Of a DNA stretch of 64,000 nucleotides, positions 44,284-53,512 are shown one piece after another. A model generated the notes under the pieces. The model was given only the letters and a program-made list of their open reading frames with translations. It did not search any database and had not been told where the DNA came from. Numbering within the stretch: position 1 is the stretch's first letter; each line of letters begins with the position of its first letter. Both the position numbers and the translations under genes were made by a program. Source of the stretch: an uncultured Gaiellales bacterium (GTDB lineage Bacteria > Actinomycetota > Thermoleophilia > Gaiellales > Gaiellaceae); NCBI GenBank assembly GCA_964370985.1, contig CAYJLE010000001.1, positions 191,629 to 255,628 on the forward strand, in the 5' to 3' direction.

Positions 44284-44310
44284 GGGCGGGTCATGACCCG
44301 CCCCTACGTC
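44278..44310. repeat. TA-flanked perfect palindrome (REP/MITE-like minimal element)
   Basis: GTAGGGGCGGGTCATGACCCGCCCCTAC (44280-44307) is its own reverse complement. It contains the kdgK TAG (44281-83) and, in its centre, the complement of the TGA of the convergent LLM gene (44291-93). It shares GTGTAGGGGCGGG and CCCCTACGTC with the repeats at 48524-48612. Confidence 0.7.
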
Positions 44311-45229
44311 CACGCCGCACGCCCGGCAGCACCGTCTCGGCGACCGCCCGCAGCGACTCGAGCGCAGGCGTCCCCTCGGGTGTGACGAGCGCCAGCACGA
44401 GGTGCGTGCAGCCGGCGTCGGCGAAGGCGAGCAGCCCCTCGGCGCAGTCCTCGGCGCGTCCGGACACGCAGTAGCGGCCCGCCAACTCGCGCGCGAGGCG
44501 CGGGTCGGCGTAGCGCCAGGCGAGGTGCTCGTCGCCGCGGCGGCGCGCCTCGTCGGGGTCGTCGCCGAGCGAGAGGTGCACGTAGGCGCCCCAGGCGTAC
44601 CCGGACGGCAGCTCCCGCCCCGCCTGCCCGGCGTGCTCGAGCACCGAGTCGAACAGCCGCCGGCAGCTCGCGGGCGTGACCATGTAGGGGAGGAAGCCGT
44701 CGCCGAGCAGCGCGGCGCGCCTGCGCGTGGGATTCCGGCGCCCGGCCACCCAGAGCGGTGGCCCGCCGGGCCGGGCCGGCGGCGGGTCGAGCCGCACGTT
44801 CTCGAGCCGGTGGAGCTCGCCCTCGTAGGAGAACCGCTCGCCCGAGAAGTAGCGGCGCAGGATCTCGATCGTCTCGCTGGTGCGCTGTCCCCTGCGCTCG
44901 AACGGGACTCCGGCCTGCGCGAACTCCTCCGGATAGTCGCCGCCGACGCCGAGCGCGACTACGAGCCGCCCGCCCGAGATCAGGTCGATGCCCGCGAGCT
45001 CCTTCGCGAGCAGCGTCGGATGACGCAACGGGGCGATCACCGCGGCAGGCCCGATCGCGATTCGCTCGGTCGCGCACGCGAGCGCCGTCGTCATCGTGAT
45101 CGCGTCCCAGGTCGGCCGGTGCGCCAGCAGGTGCTCGCCCGTGAACAGGCCATCGAAGCCGAGCTCCTCGGCGGCCCTGAAGACGTCGAGCCCCCAGAGC
45201 TCGCCGCGACAGGAGACCCCGACGAACAC
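44291..45229 (-). CDS. LLM-class (luciferase-like) flavin/F420-dependent oxidoreductase
   Basis: GTG at VFVGVSCRGELWGLDVFRAAEELGFDGLFTGEH. 312 aa and luciferase-like throughout. Confidence 0.8.
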   Translation of the reverse strand: MFVGVSCRGELWGLDVFRAAEELGFDGLFTGEHLLAHRPTWDAITMTTALACATERIAIGPAAVIAPLRHPTLLAKELAGIDLISGGRLVVALGVGGDYPEEFAQAGVPFERRGQRTSETIEILRRYFSGERFSYEGELHRLENVRLDPPPARPGGPPLWVAGRRNPTRRRAALLGDGFLPYMVTPASCRRLFDSVLEHAGQAGRELPSGYAWGAYVHLSLGDDPDEARRRGDEHLAWRYADPRLARELAGRYCVSGRAEDCAEGLLAFADAGCTHLVLALVTPEGTPALESLRAVAETVLPGVRRGRRGGS

Positions 45230-45286
45230 GCGGCGATCGTACCTCCGGTCCTCAACTTGCGTACGCTCCTGCCGATCACTGTGGCG

Positions 45287-47755
45287 ATGGGTAGCGGCGA
45301 CCCTGGCGCGCTCGCGGACGCGCGGGCCCTCGACGGGCAGCCGGCGGCTGCCCTGGCGCGCCGCGACGCGATCCTCGCGGCCGTCGCGACCGCGGCCCAG
45401 AGCCTGCTTCGCGTCGGCAGCTGGGAGGACGGGATCGGCGAGGCGCTCGCCGTGCTCGGCACCGCGGTCGAGGCAAGCCGTGCCTACCTGTTCGAGTGGC
45501 AGGAGGGCGGCGAAGGGCAAACCGTCATGAGTCAGCGCCACGAGTGGTGCGCGCCCGGAATCGTGTCGCACGCTGGCGATCCCGAGCTGCGGGACATGCC
45601 GGTGCCGCCACCGGGTGAGGAGGAGTGGTGGGAGGCGATACAGGCCGGCCAGCCCTACCAGGCCCACACGCGGGCCTTGCCCGAAGCGGCCCGCGGGTTC
45701 CTCGAGCGACAGGGGATCGAGTCCTTCCTCGAGGTTCCGGTCTCGGCCGACGGCCGCCCCTGGGGCTTCATCGGCTTCGACTCGTGCACGGGCGAGCGCG
45801 CGTGGACGATCCCCGAGGTCGAGGCGCTGCGCGCGGCGGCGGGGATCCTCGGCGCCGCGATCCAGCGGCGCGGGGCGGACGCCGCGCGACTCGAGGCCGA
45901 GGCGCGCTACCGGGCGCTCGTCGAGCACCTGCCGCTGACCGTGTACATCGACAACCTGGACGACTCGGCCTCGAGCCTGTACGTGAGCCCGCAGATCGAG
46001 CGGACGCTCGGCTACACGCCCGACGAGTGGGTCGCCGACCCGCACATGCTCGAGAAGCTCGTCCACCCGGACGACCACCCCGAGATCGTCGAGGGTCCGT
46101 GGCCCGAGGACGACGGCCCGCACCGCCAGGAGTACCGGATGATCGTGCGAGACGGACGGGTCGTCTGGGTGCAGGACGAGTACGTGATCGTCCGCGACGA
46201 GGAGGGCAACCGTCTCTACGCGCAGGGCTACCTGCTCGACACGACCGAGCGCCGGCAGATGGAGGAGAAGCTCCGCAACAGCGAGCGGCAGTTCAAGGCC
46301 ATCTTCGACGGCGCGCGTGACGCGATCGTGATCATCGACGACACGCTGCGGTGCGTGGATGCGAACGGGGCCGCGGCCGAGCTCCTCGGCAGGCCACACT
46401 GGGAGCTGATCGGAGCTTCGGCGCGGGAGCTCGTCCCGGAGGTCGAGCGCGGCGTGCTCGAGCCGCTCGCGCGGGAGCTCGCCGCTCGCGGCAAGCTTGC
46501 CGGCACCATCGAGGTCGAGCGCCCCGACGGCACCCGGCGGATCGTGGAGCTGACCGCGCAAGCGAGCTTCCTCCCCGGCCGCCACCTGTGCGCCGGGCGC
46601 GACGTCACCGAGCAGCGCGCCCTCCAGACCCAGTTCCTCCAGGCCCAGCGCCTGGACGCGATCGGGCGCCTCGCAGGCGGCGTCGCCCACGACTTCAACA
46701 ACCTGCTGACCGTGATCAGCGGCTACGCGGAGTTCCTGCGCGAGAGCCTCGGCCACGGCCACGCGGGACAGCGCGATGTCGCCGAGATCACCCGTGCTGC
46801 CGAACGGGCGGCCCGCCTCGTCGCGCAGCTCCTGACGTTCAGCCGCCGCCAGATCCTACGCCCGCGAGTCGTCGACCTCAACGAGGTGATCCGCGGGCTC
46901 GCTCCGATGCTCGAGCGCCTGCTCGGCGAGGACGCCGCGGTCGTGACCAGGCTCGGCCCGGACCTGCCCCGCGTCACGGCAGACCCGGCGCAGCTCGAGC
47001 AACTGCTCGTGAACCTCGCGACCAACGCGCGCGACGCGATGCCGACCGGCGGCACGCTGACCATCTCGACGGCGGCGGCGGGACCGGAGTCCGAGCTCGT
47101 CCGCCTGGCCGTGACGGACACGGGCATCGGCATGGACGAGAGCACGCGGCTGAACGCGTTCGAGCCGTTCTTCACGACCAAGGAGCAGGGGAAGGGAACC
47201 GGTCTCGGTCTCGCGAGCGTCTACGGCATCGTCACGCAGGCGGGCGGCAGCGTCAGGCTCGAGAGCGAGCCCGGTCGCGGTACGACCGTGACCGCGCTCC
47301 TGCCGGCGACGAGAGCCGAGACCGCGGGCTGGCAGCCCGCGGAGCCGCCCGCGCCGAGCAGCGCGGGCGAGGAGACCGTGCTGCTCGTCGAGGACGAGGA
47401 CGTCGTGCGGATCCTCGCCGCCCGGGCGCTGCGCGCCCGCGGCTACGACGTCCTCGAAGCGCGGGACGGTCTTGGCGCGATCGCGCTCGCCGGGAAGCAC
47501 GAGGGACCGATCCACCTGCTGCTCACCGACGTGGTCATGCCCGGGATGAGCGGCCGGGAGCTCGCCGACATGCTGCTCGCGGCCCGCCCGGACCTGCGCG
47601 TCCTCTACATGTCCGGCTATGCCGACGACGACGTGCTCGGCCGCGGGGTCCCCGGGTCGAGCGTGGCGTTCATGGCGAAGCCGTTCTCGACGGGAGACCT
47701 TGCCGGTCGCGTGCGTGAGCTGCTCGACCTCCGGGCCCCGGCGAGCGGGAGCTGA
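45287..47755 (+). CDS. hybrid sensor histidine kinase (GAF-PAS-PAS-HisKA-HATPase-REC)
   Basis: H-box [12 protein letters not shown] box [10 protein letters not shown] boxes DTGIGM and GTGLGLA, and a receiver domain with [13 protein letters not shown]. The start is ATG 45287 or GTG 45281. Confidence 0.88.
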   Translation: MGSGDPGALADARALDGQPAAALARRDAILAAVATAAQSLLRVGSWEDGIGEALAVLGTAVEASRAYLFEWQEGGEGQTVMSQRHEWCAPGIVSHAGDPELRDMPVPPPGEEEWWEAIQAGQPYQAHTRALPEAARGFLERQGIESFLEVPVSADGRPWGFIGFDSCTGERAWTIPEVEALRAAAGILGAAIQRRGADAARLEAEARYRALVEHLPLTVYIDNLDDSASSLYVSPQIERTLGYTPDEWVADPHMLEKLVHPDDHPEIVEGPWPEDDGPHRQEYRMIVRDGRVVWVQDEYVIVRDEEGNRLYAQGYLLDTTERRQMEEKLRNSERQFKAIFDGARDAIVIIDDTLRCVDANGAAAELLGRPHWELIGASARELVPEVERGVLEPLARELAARGKLAGTIEVERPDGTRRIVELTAQASFLPGRHLCAGRDVTEQRALQTQFLQAQRLDAIGRLAGGVAHDFNNLLTVISGYAEFLRESLGHGHAGQRDVAEITRAAERAARLVAQLLTFSRRQILRPRVVDLNEVIRGLAPMLERLLGEDAAVVTRLGPDLPRVTADPAQLEQLLVNLATNARDAMPTGGTLTISTAAAGPESELVRLAVTDTGIGMDESTRLNAFEPFFTTKEQGKGTGLGLASVYGIVTQAGGSVRLESEPGRGTTVTALLPATRAETAGWQPAEPPAPSSAGEETVLLVEDEDVVRILAARALRARGYDVLEARDGLGAIALAGKHEGPIHLLLTDVVMPGMSGRELADMLLAARPDLRVLYMSGYADDDVLGRGVPGSSVAFMAKPFSTGDLAGRVRELLDLRAPASGS

Positions 47756-48023
47756 GCCGGCGCCGGCGACCGGCGACGACCGCTATGGTTGAGGTCGTGC
47801 TCGACCCTGTGCGTGGTCTCGCGCTCCCATGTTGAACCAACACCAACTGAGAGGGAGCCCGCGTCCGGTTGCCGCCCGAGGGTAGCCGCCGGCAGGGCAC
47901 CCACCTGGTTCGCCAGGTTCCTCAGGCGCGAGGCTTCACCGGCAGGGTGGAGCACGCTGGACCGAAAAGACCTGCACCGCCTCGCGTTCCGTCCGGTCGA
48001 GGTCCTAGCCTTTACCTCCCAAG

Positions 48024-48359
48024 GTGGCGTATCTCCTCGCCTTCGGGCTCGCACTGATCCTTCTTGCGCTCCTGCCGGGGCTTCGCCGACCGATCGTGCT
48101 GCTCGCGCTCGCGGGTCTCGTCTGCGCTCTCGTGGCCCGCGCGATCACCCCGGACGGGTTCCTGATCGCCGCCGCCGGGCTCGTGCCGGTGCTGCTCACC
48201 CTGGTTGCCTGGGAGATCGCGGACACGTTTCACCTGGCCGCCACGCCCGGCCGTGAGAAGCGCCGCACGCGCCAGCTCGCCCGGCGTGCCCACGAGCGCC
48301 GGCGCGAGATCGCCGAGCGCGACCGCCAGCGACGCCAGCGCTCTCGCCGCGCCGCGTAA
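48024..48359 (+). CDS. small membrane protein with basic C-terminal tail (111 aa)
   Basis: GTG start. Three hydrophobic segments followed by an R/E/Q-rich tail. GC3-rich. Confidence 0.55.
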   Translation: MAYLLAFGLALILLALLPGLRRPIVLLALAGLVCALVARAITPDGFLIAAAGLVPVLLTLVAWEIADTFHLAATPGREKRRTRQLARRAHERRREIAERDRQRRQRSRRAA

Positions 48360-48380
48360 TGCGGTGTCAACGCAGGGAAG

Positions 48381-48657
48381 GTGTAGGGGCGGGACTTGTC
48401 CCGCCCGAAACGACGCGGACACCGGGAACGAGGCGGGCTGCGGGCCGGACAGGTCCGGCCCCCACGCCGCCGCGGCCGAACCCGGCCAGCGGTTTCGGGT
48501 CAAACGCCGAAACCCCGGGGTACGTGTAGGGGCGGGACCTGTCCCGCCCGAGTCGATGTGAGCACCGGGAAACGAGAGGGGTTGTGGGCCGGACAGGTCC
48601 GGCCCCTACGTCAGTCGTGGCGGCCGATCCCGGCCGGCGGTTTCCGGTCAAACGTCA
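48381..48657. repeat. two tandem ~143-bp units, each containing a REP/MITE-like element with hairpin-forming inverted ends
   Basis: The units start at 48381 and 48524 and are about 80% identical by eye. Each contains TA-GGGGCGGGAC(T/C)TGTCCCGCCC ... GGGCCGGACAGGTCCGGCCCC-(TA/CA). They lie in the 315-bp convergent intergenic region. Confidence 0.75.
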
Positions 48658-48674
48658 TGAGGGGCCGCACCAGC

Positions 48675-50702
48675 TCAGAGGCGCGCGAGCACGTCGGCGG
48701 CGACGGCGCCCCGCTCGAGCACGAGCAGCGGGTTGACGTCGATCTCCGCCAGACGATCCGCGTGGGCCTCGACGACGCGCGCGAGCACCAGCGCCGCGTC
48801 GACCGCCGCGGCCGTGTCGCCGCGCGCGAGGAGCGGCGCCACCCGCAGGCTCGCGAGCGCCGCCTCCACGTCCTCCCGCGTCGTGGGCAGGAGCAGCGGT
48901 CGCGTGTCCGCGACGAGCTCGACGAGACCGCCGCCGCTCCCCGCGAGCAGCACGTGCCCGAACGCCGGATCGTGGACAGCTCCGAGGAGCAGCTCGCACA
49001 CGGCTCCCTCGACCATGCGCTCGACGAGCACGCCCGAGAGCGGAACGCCGGGGTTCGCGGCGAGCATCGCCTCGACTGCCGCCGCGACCTCCCCCTCGTC
49101 GCGGAGCCCGAGCGAGACCGCCCCGGCGGCCGCCTTGTGCGGCAGCTCCGGGCTGCAGAGCTTCGCCGCGACCGGGAAGCCAAGCGCCGCGGCAGCCGCG
49201 GGAGCGTCGGCGGGCGCGACGAGCCGTCCCTCGGGGACGGCGAGGCCGAGCGGGGCGACGAGCGCTTTCGACGCGGCCTCGTCGAGGAGCCGGGCGTCGC
49301 CCGCGAGCGGGGCGACCGGCGCGAGCGGAGCCGGCGGCCCGGCCCGCCTGCGCTCGCCGAGGCGCGCGCATGCGCCGTGGGCGGCGAAGGCCTCCGCGAG
49401 CCCCTGGAGCGGCGCCGCGCCCAGGGCTAGCAGGTGCTCGCGCGCGTGCGGCTGGAGCGACTCGGGCAGCACGCTCGCGACGGCGGCCGGGATGCCACCC
49501 TCCGCGCACGCGGCGAGGTGGGCAGCGATCGCCCGGTCGACGTCGGCCGCGTAGGGCATGCCGGGCCGCGGGTAGTCGATCACGAGCAGGGCCGCGTCGA
49601 CCGGGTCCGCGAGCGCTGCGCGAAAGACGCGCCGGAGGGGCTCCTCGAGTCCCCAGAGCGCGGAGTTGTAGTCGAGCGGGTTCGAGACGAGCGCGAACTC
49701 GGGCAGCACCTCGACGAGCTGCGCCCTCGTCGCCGGCCGCGGCTGGGGCAACTCGAGCCCGTGCGCCTCGGCAAGGTCGGCGGCGAGCGCCGACTCGGCG
49801 CCGGAGCAGGTGAACACGAACACCCTGCGTCCGCGCAGCGGCCCGGCGGTGACGAGCGCCTTCAGCGTCTCGAGCAGCTCCGGGATCGAGCGGGCGCGGG
49901 CGACCCCGTAGCGCGCGAACAGCGCGTCGTAGAGCTCGTCGGAGCCGGCGAGCGAGGCCGTGTGGGTGAGCGCGAGCTCGCGCCCGAGCGTCGACGCCCC
50001 GGCCTTGCAGACGGCCAGCGGGATTCCGCGCTCGAGCGCCCTGGCGGCGGCGGCGGCGAACCGCGGCACGTCGCGCAGGCCCTCGAGGTAGATGCCGATC
50101 CCGGTCACCTCTTCCATGTCGAGGTAGGCGTCGACGACCTCGGCGAGCTCGACGATCGCCTGGTTGCCGATGCTCGCGACGAACGCGAGCGGGAGCGAGC
50201 GCTGGCTCATCGTCACGTTGATGCCGAGGTTGCCGCTCTGGAGGACGGCGGCGACGCCACGCTCCCGCCGTTCGTGCGGCCACGGCACCGGCCAGAGGCC
50301 GCCTCCGCCGACGAGGTCGATCGCGCCGTAGCAGTTCGGGCCGAGCACCGGCATGGTGCCTGCCGCGTCGCGGAGGGCGTCCTCGCGCGCGGCACCGTCC
50401 TCCGTGCCGGCCTCGGAGAAGCCGGCCGCGTAACAGGCGGCTCCGCCGGCGCCGATCGCGGCGAGCTCGCGCACGACCTCGACGGTCGCGGCCGCGTTGA
50501 CCGCGACGAATGCTGCGTCCGGCGCCTCCGGCAGCTCGGCGACGCCGCGATACGCGGGACGCCCGCCGAGCTCGCCGCGCGGATGCACCGCGTAGACCGG
50601 CCCGTCGAAGCCGGCCGCCTCGCACTCGTCGCGGGCGGCGGCGGCGATCGCGCCGCCGACGAAGGCGACGCTGCGGGGGCGCAGCAGCCGGCGCAGGCTC
50701 AC
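48675..50702 (-). CDS. acyl-CoA/acetyl-CoA synthetase (ADP-forming; CoA-binding + ATP-grasp)
   Basis: GTG overlaps the crotonase stop (GTGA). SVAFVGG CoA-binding N-terminus, a succinyl-CoA-synthetase-like middle (GPNCYG, SGNLG), and an ATP-grasp C-terminus. Confidence 0.85.
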   Translation of the reverse strand: MSLRRLLRPRSVAFVGGAIAAAARDECEAAGFDGPVYAVHPRGELGGRPAYRGVAELPEAPDAAFVAVNAAATVEVVRELAAIGAGGAACYAAGFSEAGTEDGAAREDALRDAAGTMPVLGPNCYGAIDLVGGGGLWPVPWPHERRERGVAAVLQSGNLGINVTMSQRSLPLAFVASIGNQAIVELAEVVDAYLDMEEVTGIGIYLEGLRDVPRFAAAAARALERGIPLAVCKAGASTLGRELALTHTASLAGSDELYDALFARYGVARARSIPELLETLKALVTAGPLRGRRVFVFTCSGAESALAADLAEAHGLELPQPRPATRAQLVEVLPEFALVSNPLDYNSALWGLEEPLRRVFRAALADPVDAALLVIDYPRPGMPYAADVDRAIAAHLAACAEGGIPAAVASVLPESLQPHAREHLLALGAAPLQGLAEAFAAHGACARLGERRRAGPPAPLAPVAPLAGDARLLDEAASKALVAPLGLAVPEGRLVAPADAPAAAAALGFPVAAKLCSPELPHKAAAGAVSLGLRDEGEVAAAVEAMLAANPGVPLSGVLVERMVEGAVCELLLGAVHDPAFGHVLLAGSGGGLVELVADTRPLLLPTTREDVEAALASLRVAPLLARGDTAAAVDAALVLARVVEAHADRLAEIDVNPLLVLERGAVAADVLARL

Positions 50703-51478
50703 CGGCCGCGGAAGCGCGGCTCGCGCTTCTCGGCTACGGCAGCGAGCGCCTCGCGGTGGTCGTCCGTGCGCGAGCAGGCCTGGCCGGCGGCCGCCTCCTC
50801 GCGAAGCTGCTCGGCGAGCGTCCGCGAGTGGGAGGAGTCGAGCAGGCGCTTGGCGTGGCCGATCGCGACGGTGGGCCCGCTCGCGAGCTCGGCGGCCAGC
50901 GCCGCGCCCGCGGTCGCCAGGTCGGCGAGCGGGACGACCCGGGAGACGAGCCCGTTCGCGAGCGCGGTCTCGGCGTCCCAGAGCTCGCCCGTGTAGACGA
51001 AGCGCTTCGCGCGCTCGAGCCCGATCACCCGCGGTAGGAGCCAGGTGCCGCCAGCGTCCGGCGGGTAGGCCATCCACGTGTACGCGCAGGCGAAACGCGC
51101 CTCGGCTGCGGCGATCCGAAAGTCGCAGGCGAGCGCGAGGTCGAGGCCGGCGCCGACAGCGGCACCGTTCAGGAGCGCAACGGTCGGGAGCGGCGCCGTG
51201 GCGAGCTCGGTCACGAGCGCGTGCGCGAGCTCGACCCAGGGCGACGCGCCCGCTTCGGCCTCGGGACCCTCCTCCACCCACGCTTTGACGTCGGCGCCGG
51301 CGCAGAAACCCTTGCCGGCGCCGGTGAGGACGAGGCAGCGCACCTCGGGGTCGGCGACCGCGGCGCGCAGCTCCGAGAGCAGCGCGGCGAGCAGCTCCGT
51401 GTCGAGCGCGTTTCGCACCTCCGGCCTGTTCAGGGTCAGGGTGCGGACCGCGCCGTCGTCCTCACGCAGCGCCTTCAC
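50699..51478 (-). CDS. enoyl-CoA hydratase/isomerase (crotonase) family protein
   Basis: 259 aa. LTLNRPEVRNAL and the oxyanion-hole segment GAGKGFCAGADV. Confidence 0.88.
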   Translation of the reverse strand: MKALREDDGAVRTLTLNRPEVRNALDTELLAALLSELRAAVADPEVRCLVLTGAGKGFCAGADVKAWVEEGPEAEAGASPWVELAHALVTELATAPLPTVALLNGAAVGAGLDLALACDFRIAAAEARFACAYTWMAYPPDAGGTWLLPRVIGLERAKRFVYTGELWDAETALANGLVSRVVPLADLATAGAALAAELASGPTVAIGHAKRLLDSSHSRTLAEQLREEAAAGQACSRTDDHREALAAVAEKREPRFRGR

Positions 51479-51566
51479 GGCGCGACCCTACCGCAGGCGG
51501 GGCGGGCGCGAAAGGGGCGCGAAATCAGATCACCCGGCCGCGGCGCCCGCCTGCGAGAGTGGTGGC

Positions 51567-52256
51567 GTGCGCCGCATCGGCCTGCGTGTGTTCTTCGCCT
51601 CGGTGGCGCTGAACGCCGCGCTGGCGATCGTGGCGCTGCTCGCGGGCTCGTTCGGGGAGCTCGAGGGGAAGATCCTCTTCAGCTCGCTGTGCGTGACGGG
51701 CTCGCTCGTGCTCGTCCTCGCCTGCGAGGCCGCGCGCGAGCGGGGCGCGCTCGGGCTGCTACCTCGCGCCGGAGCGGCAGCGTCGCTCGCCGGCTTCGCG
51801 CTCGTGATCGCCGGGATCTGGACCGAGTCGGAGGACAGCAGCCTCACGCGGATCATGACCACCCTTCTCGCTGCGGCGGTGGCGGCGGCTCTCATCAGCC
51901 TGCTCTCGCTCGCCGAGCTCCCTCCCCGCTTTCGCTGGACGTTCCTCGCCGCTGCCGCGCTGGCGGCCCTGCTCGCGGCCCTGCTCGTGTCGGGGATCTG
52001 GGGCGAGTGGGAGAACGACTGGTTCTGGCGCTGGCTCGGCGCCGTGGCCGTGGCTCTCGCGGCGTTCGTGATCGTCGTTCCGGTGCTCGGGCGTGTCGGG
52101 CGCAGGGAGGCCGGCGCGATAGCCGCGCGCGTCTCCTTCTGCCCGCTGTGCGCGTCGCCGGTCTCCGCCCGGGCGGGGGCGGAGGTGCGCTGCGACGCCT
52201 GCGGGGGCGTGTTCGCCGTGACGGTGCGGAAGGACGGCGCTACGTCGAGCAGGTGA
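51567..52256 (+). CDS. membrane protein with C-terminal zinc-ribbon-like CxxC...CxxC
   Basis: GTG at VRRIGLRVFFASVALNAAL. About 6 hydrophobic segments, then FCPLCASP...RCDACGG. Confidence 0.55.
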   Translation: MRRIGLRVFFASVALNAALAIVALLAGSFGELEGKILFSSLCVTGSLVLVLACEAARERGALGLLPRAGAAASLAGFALVIAGIWTESEDSSLTRIMTTLLAAAVAAALISLLSLAELPPRFRWTFLAAAALAALLAALLVSGIWGEWENDWFWRWLGAVAVALAAFVIVVPVLGRVGRREAGAIAARVSFCPLCASPVSARAGAEVRCDACGGVFAVTVRKDGATSSR

Positions 52257-53451
52257 TCCGCTCAAAGACCTCGAGCGGCTCCAGCACGACCTCCCAGAGG
52301 ATCAGGCCGACCGCCTGCTCGCTGCCGCCGGCCTCGGGCTCGAACGCGGTTGCCTTCCTGTAGTCGCTCGTGCCGGTCATCGTGTAGCGGCCGCTCGCGT
52401 CCACGCGCTTGCAGTACTCGTCCGCGGCGGCCTGCGGCGTGACGATCGCCTGCGGGTAGAGGATCCGGCCCGACCAGGTCAGGCCGCCCGCCGTGACGGT
52501 GCCGGTCGGACGCTCGAACGTCCTCGCCTCGGCCAGCCCGCCGCCACCACCACCGCCGCCGCCGCCGTCCGAACGGGCGGGGAGCACGCGGATCTTCAGG
52601 ACAGCCTCCGGGTCGGCGCCACGCACCAGGATCTGCTCCAGCCCCGAGTACGTCCTCCAGCTCTTCGTCAGGGCAAGCTCGTAGAAGACCTTCAGGTACT
52701 TGGCCGTGAACGACTTCGGCACGCCCACGTCGATGTTGATCGCCCGTTTCGAGCTCGCGATCGGACCGTAGACGCAGCGCAACCGCCAGGAGCTTCTCGT
52801 CTTGCTCTTCCGGCACACGTGCGCGCTACCGGACACACTCTCGATCTCCGTCTCGCCGACCTTGCGCGGCACGACCACGAACAGGCTCACCGCGCTCGAG
52901 GCCACCCCGCGCGGCCCCAGCCCCTCGAGCTGGAACGCGATCCGCACCCGGTTGCCGCGCCGGACCGGGCTCGGCGCCCAGGTCCGGCCGAAGTCGAGAA
53001 CCGCTCGGTTGTCCCCGCCGCTCTCGTAGCGATACAGCGTCGAGGAACCGGCGACTCCCGGCTTTCGTACCTCGAGCTCCCACGGGTACGTGCCGGGGTA
53101 CAGGTCCAGCTCGACCAGGTCGGTACCGCCCGGGATCGAGATCGCCGCCTGGGCGACGGTATCGCCGTCCGGGTCGGCGTACCCCACGAGGTCGAAGAAC
53201 TCGGGATCGAGCGTCTCCGGGTCGGGCGGCTTGCCGCTCGTGTTCCAGAAGATGCCCTGGAGCTCCCCGCTCGCGAGCTGGTGGAGCACGAGCCGCCGCT
53301 CCGGGATCGCCCCCTTCTCGGCCCAGACGCCGGTCCAGAGGTCGAACTGCGCGTCGACGCGCGCGCGCTCGCGCGGGATCGCGGCTCCCGCGGGAGCGGC
53401 GACGACCAGGGCGGCGAGAAACGCCGCGACGACCGCGAGACGAACGAGCAC
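52240..53451 (-). CDS. secreted hypothetical protein (403 aa) with Gly10 tract
   Basis: Signal-like N-terminus MLVRLAVVAAFLAALVVAAPAGAA. No family that I recognise. Convergent 17-nt overlap with the previous gene. Confidence 0.6.
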   Translation of the reverse strand: MLVRLAVVAAFLAALVVAAPAGAAIPRERARVDAQFDLWTGVWAEKGAIPERRLVLHQLASGELQGIFWNTSGKPPDPETLDPEFFDLVGYADPDGDTVAQAAISIPGGTDLVELDLYPGTYPWELEVRKPGVAGSSTLYRYESGGDNRAVLDFGRTWAPSPVRRGNRVRIAFQLEGLGPRGVASSAVSLFVVVPRKVGETEIESVSGSAHVCRKSKTRSSWRLRCVYGPIASSKRAINIDVGVPKSFTAKYLKVFYELALTKSWRTYSGLEQILVRGADPEAVLKIRVLPARSDGGGGGGGGGGLAEARTFERPTGTVTAGGLTWSGRILYPQAIVTPQAAADEYCKRVDASGRYTMTGTSDYRKATAFEPEAGGSEQAVGLILWEVVLEPLEVFERITCST

Positions 53452-53512
53452 GGACGGATCGTAAACGCTCCCGCCGGCGATGCAACCCGTCGGGCGGGTC
53501 AGGACGGGCGGG

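Noticed and set aside
47840-47935. TPP riboswitch, because of CTGAGAG and ACCTGG..CCAGG
   Set aside because: The rest of the TPP consensus (the GGGG..GCUGAGA context and the ACCUGAUCUGGAUAAUGCCAGCG-type pyrophosphate arm) is absent, and the downstream gene is not thiamine-related.
48381-48657. Possible CRISPR array
   Set aside because: There are only two units, they are 143 bp long and adjacent, with no short unique spacers between short repeats, and no cas genes are in the window. A REP/MITE-like tandem repeat explains it better.
48655-51037. Several 500-650-aa ORFs (48655..50625 minus, 49434..50996 plus, 50510..51037 plus) overlapping the acyl-CoA synthetase gene
   Set aside because: Their translations are R/G/A/P-rich without motifs. 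The frame 48675..50702 carries the CoA-binding and ATP-grasp signatures.
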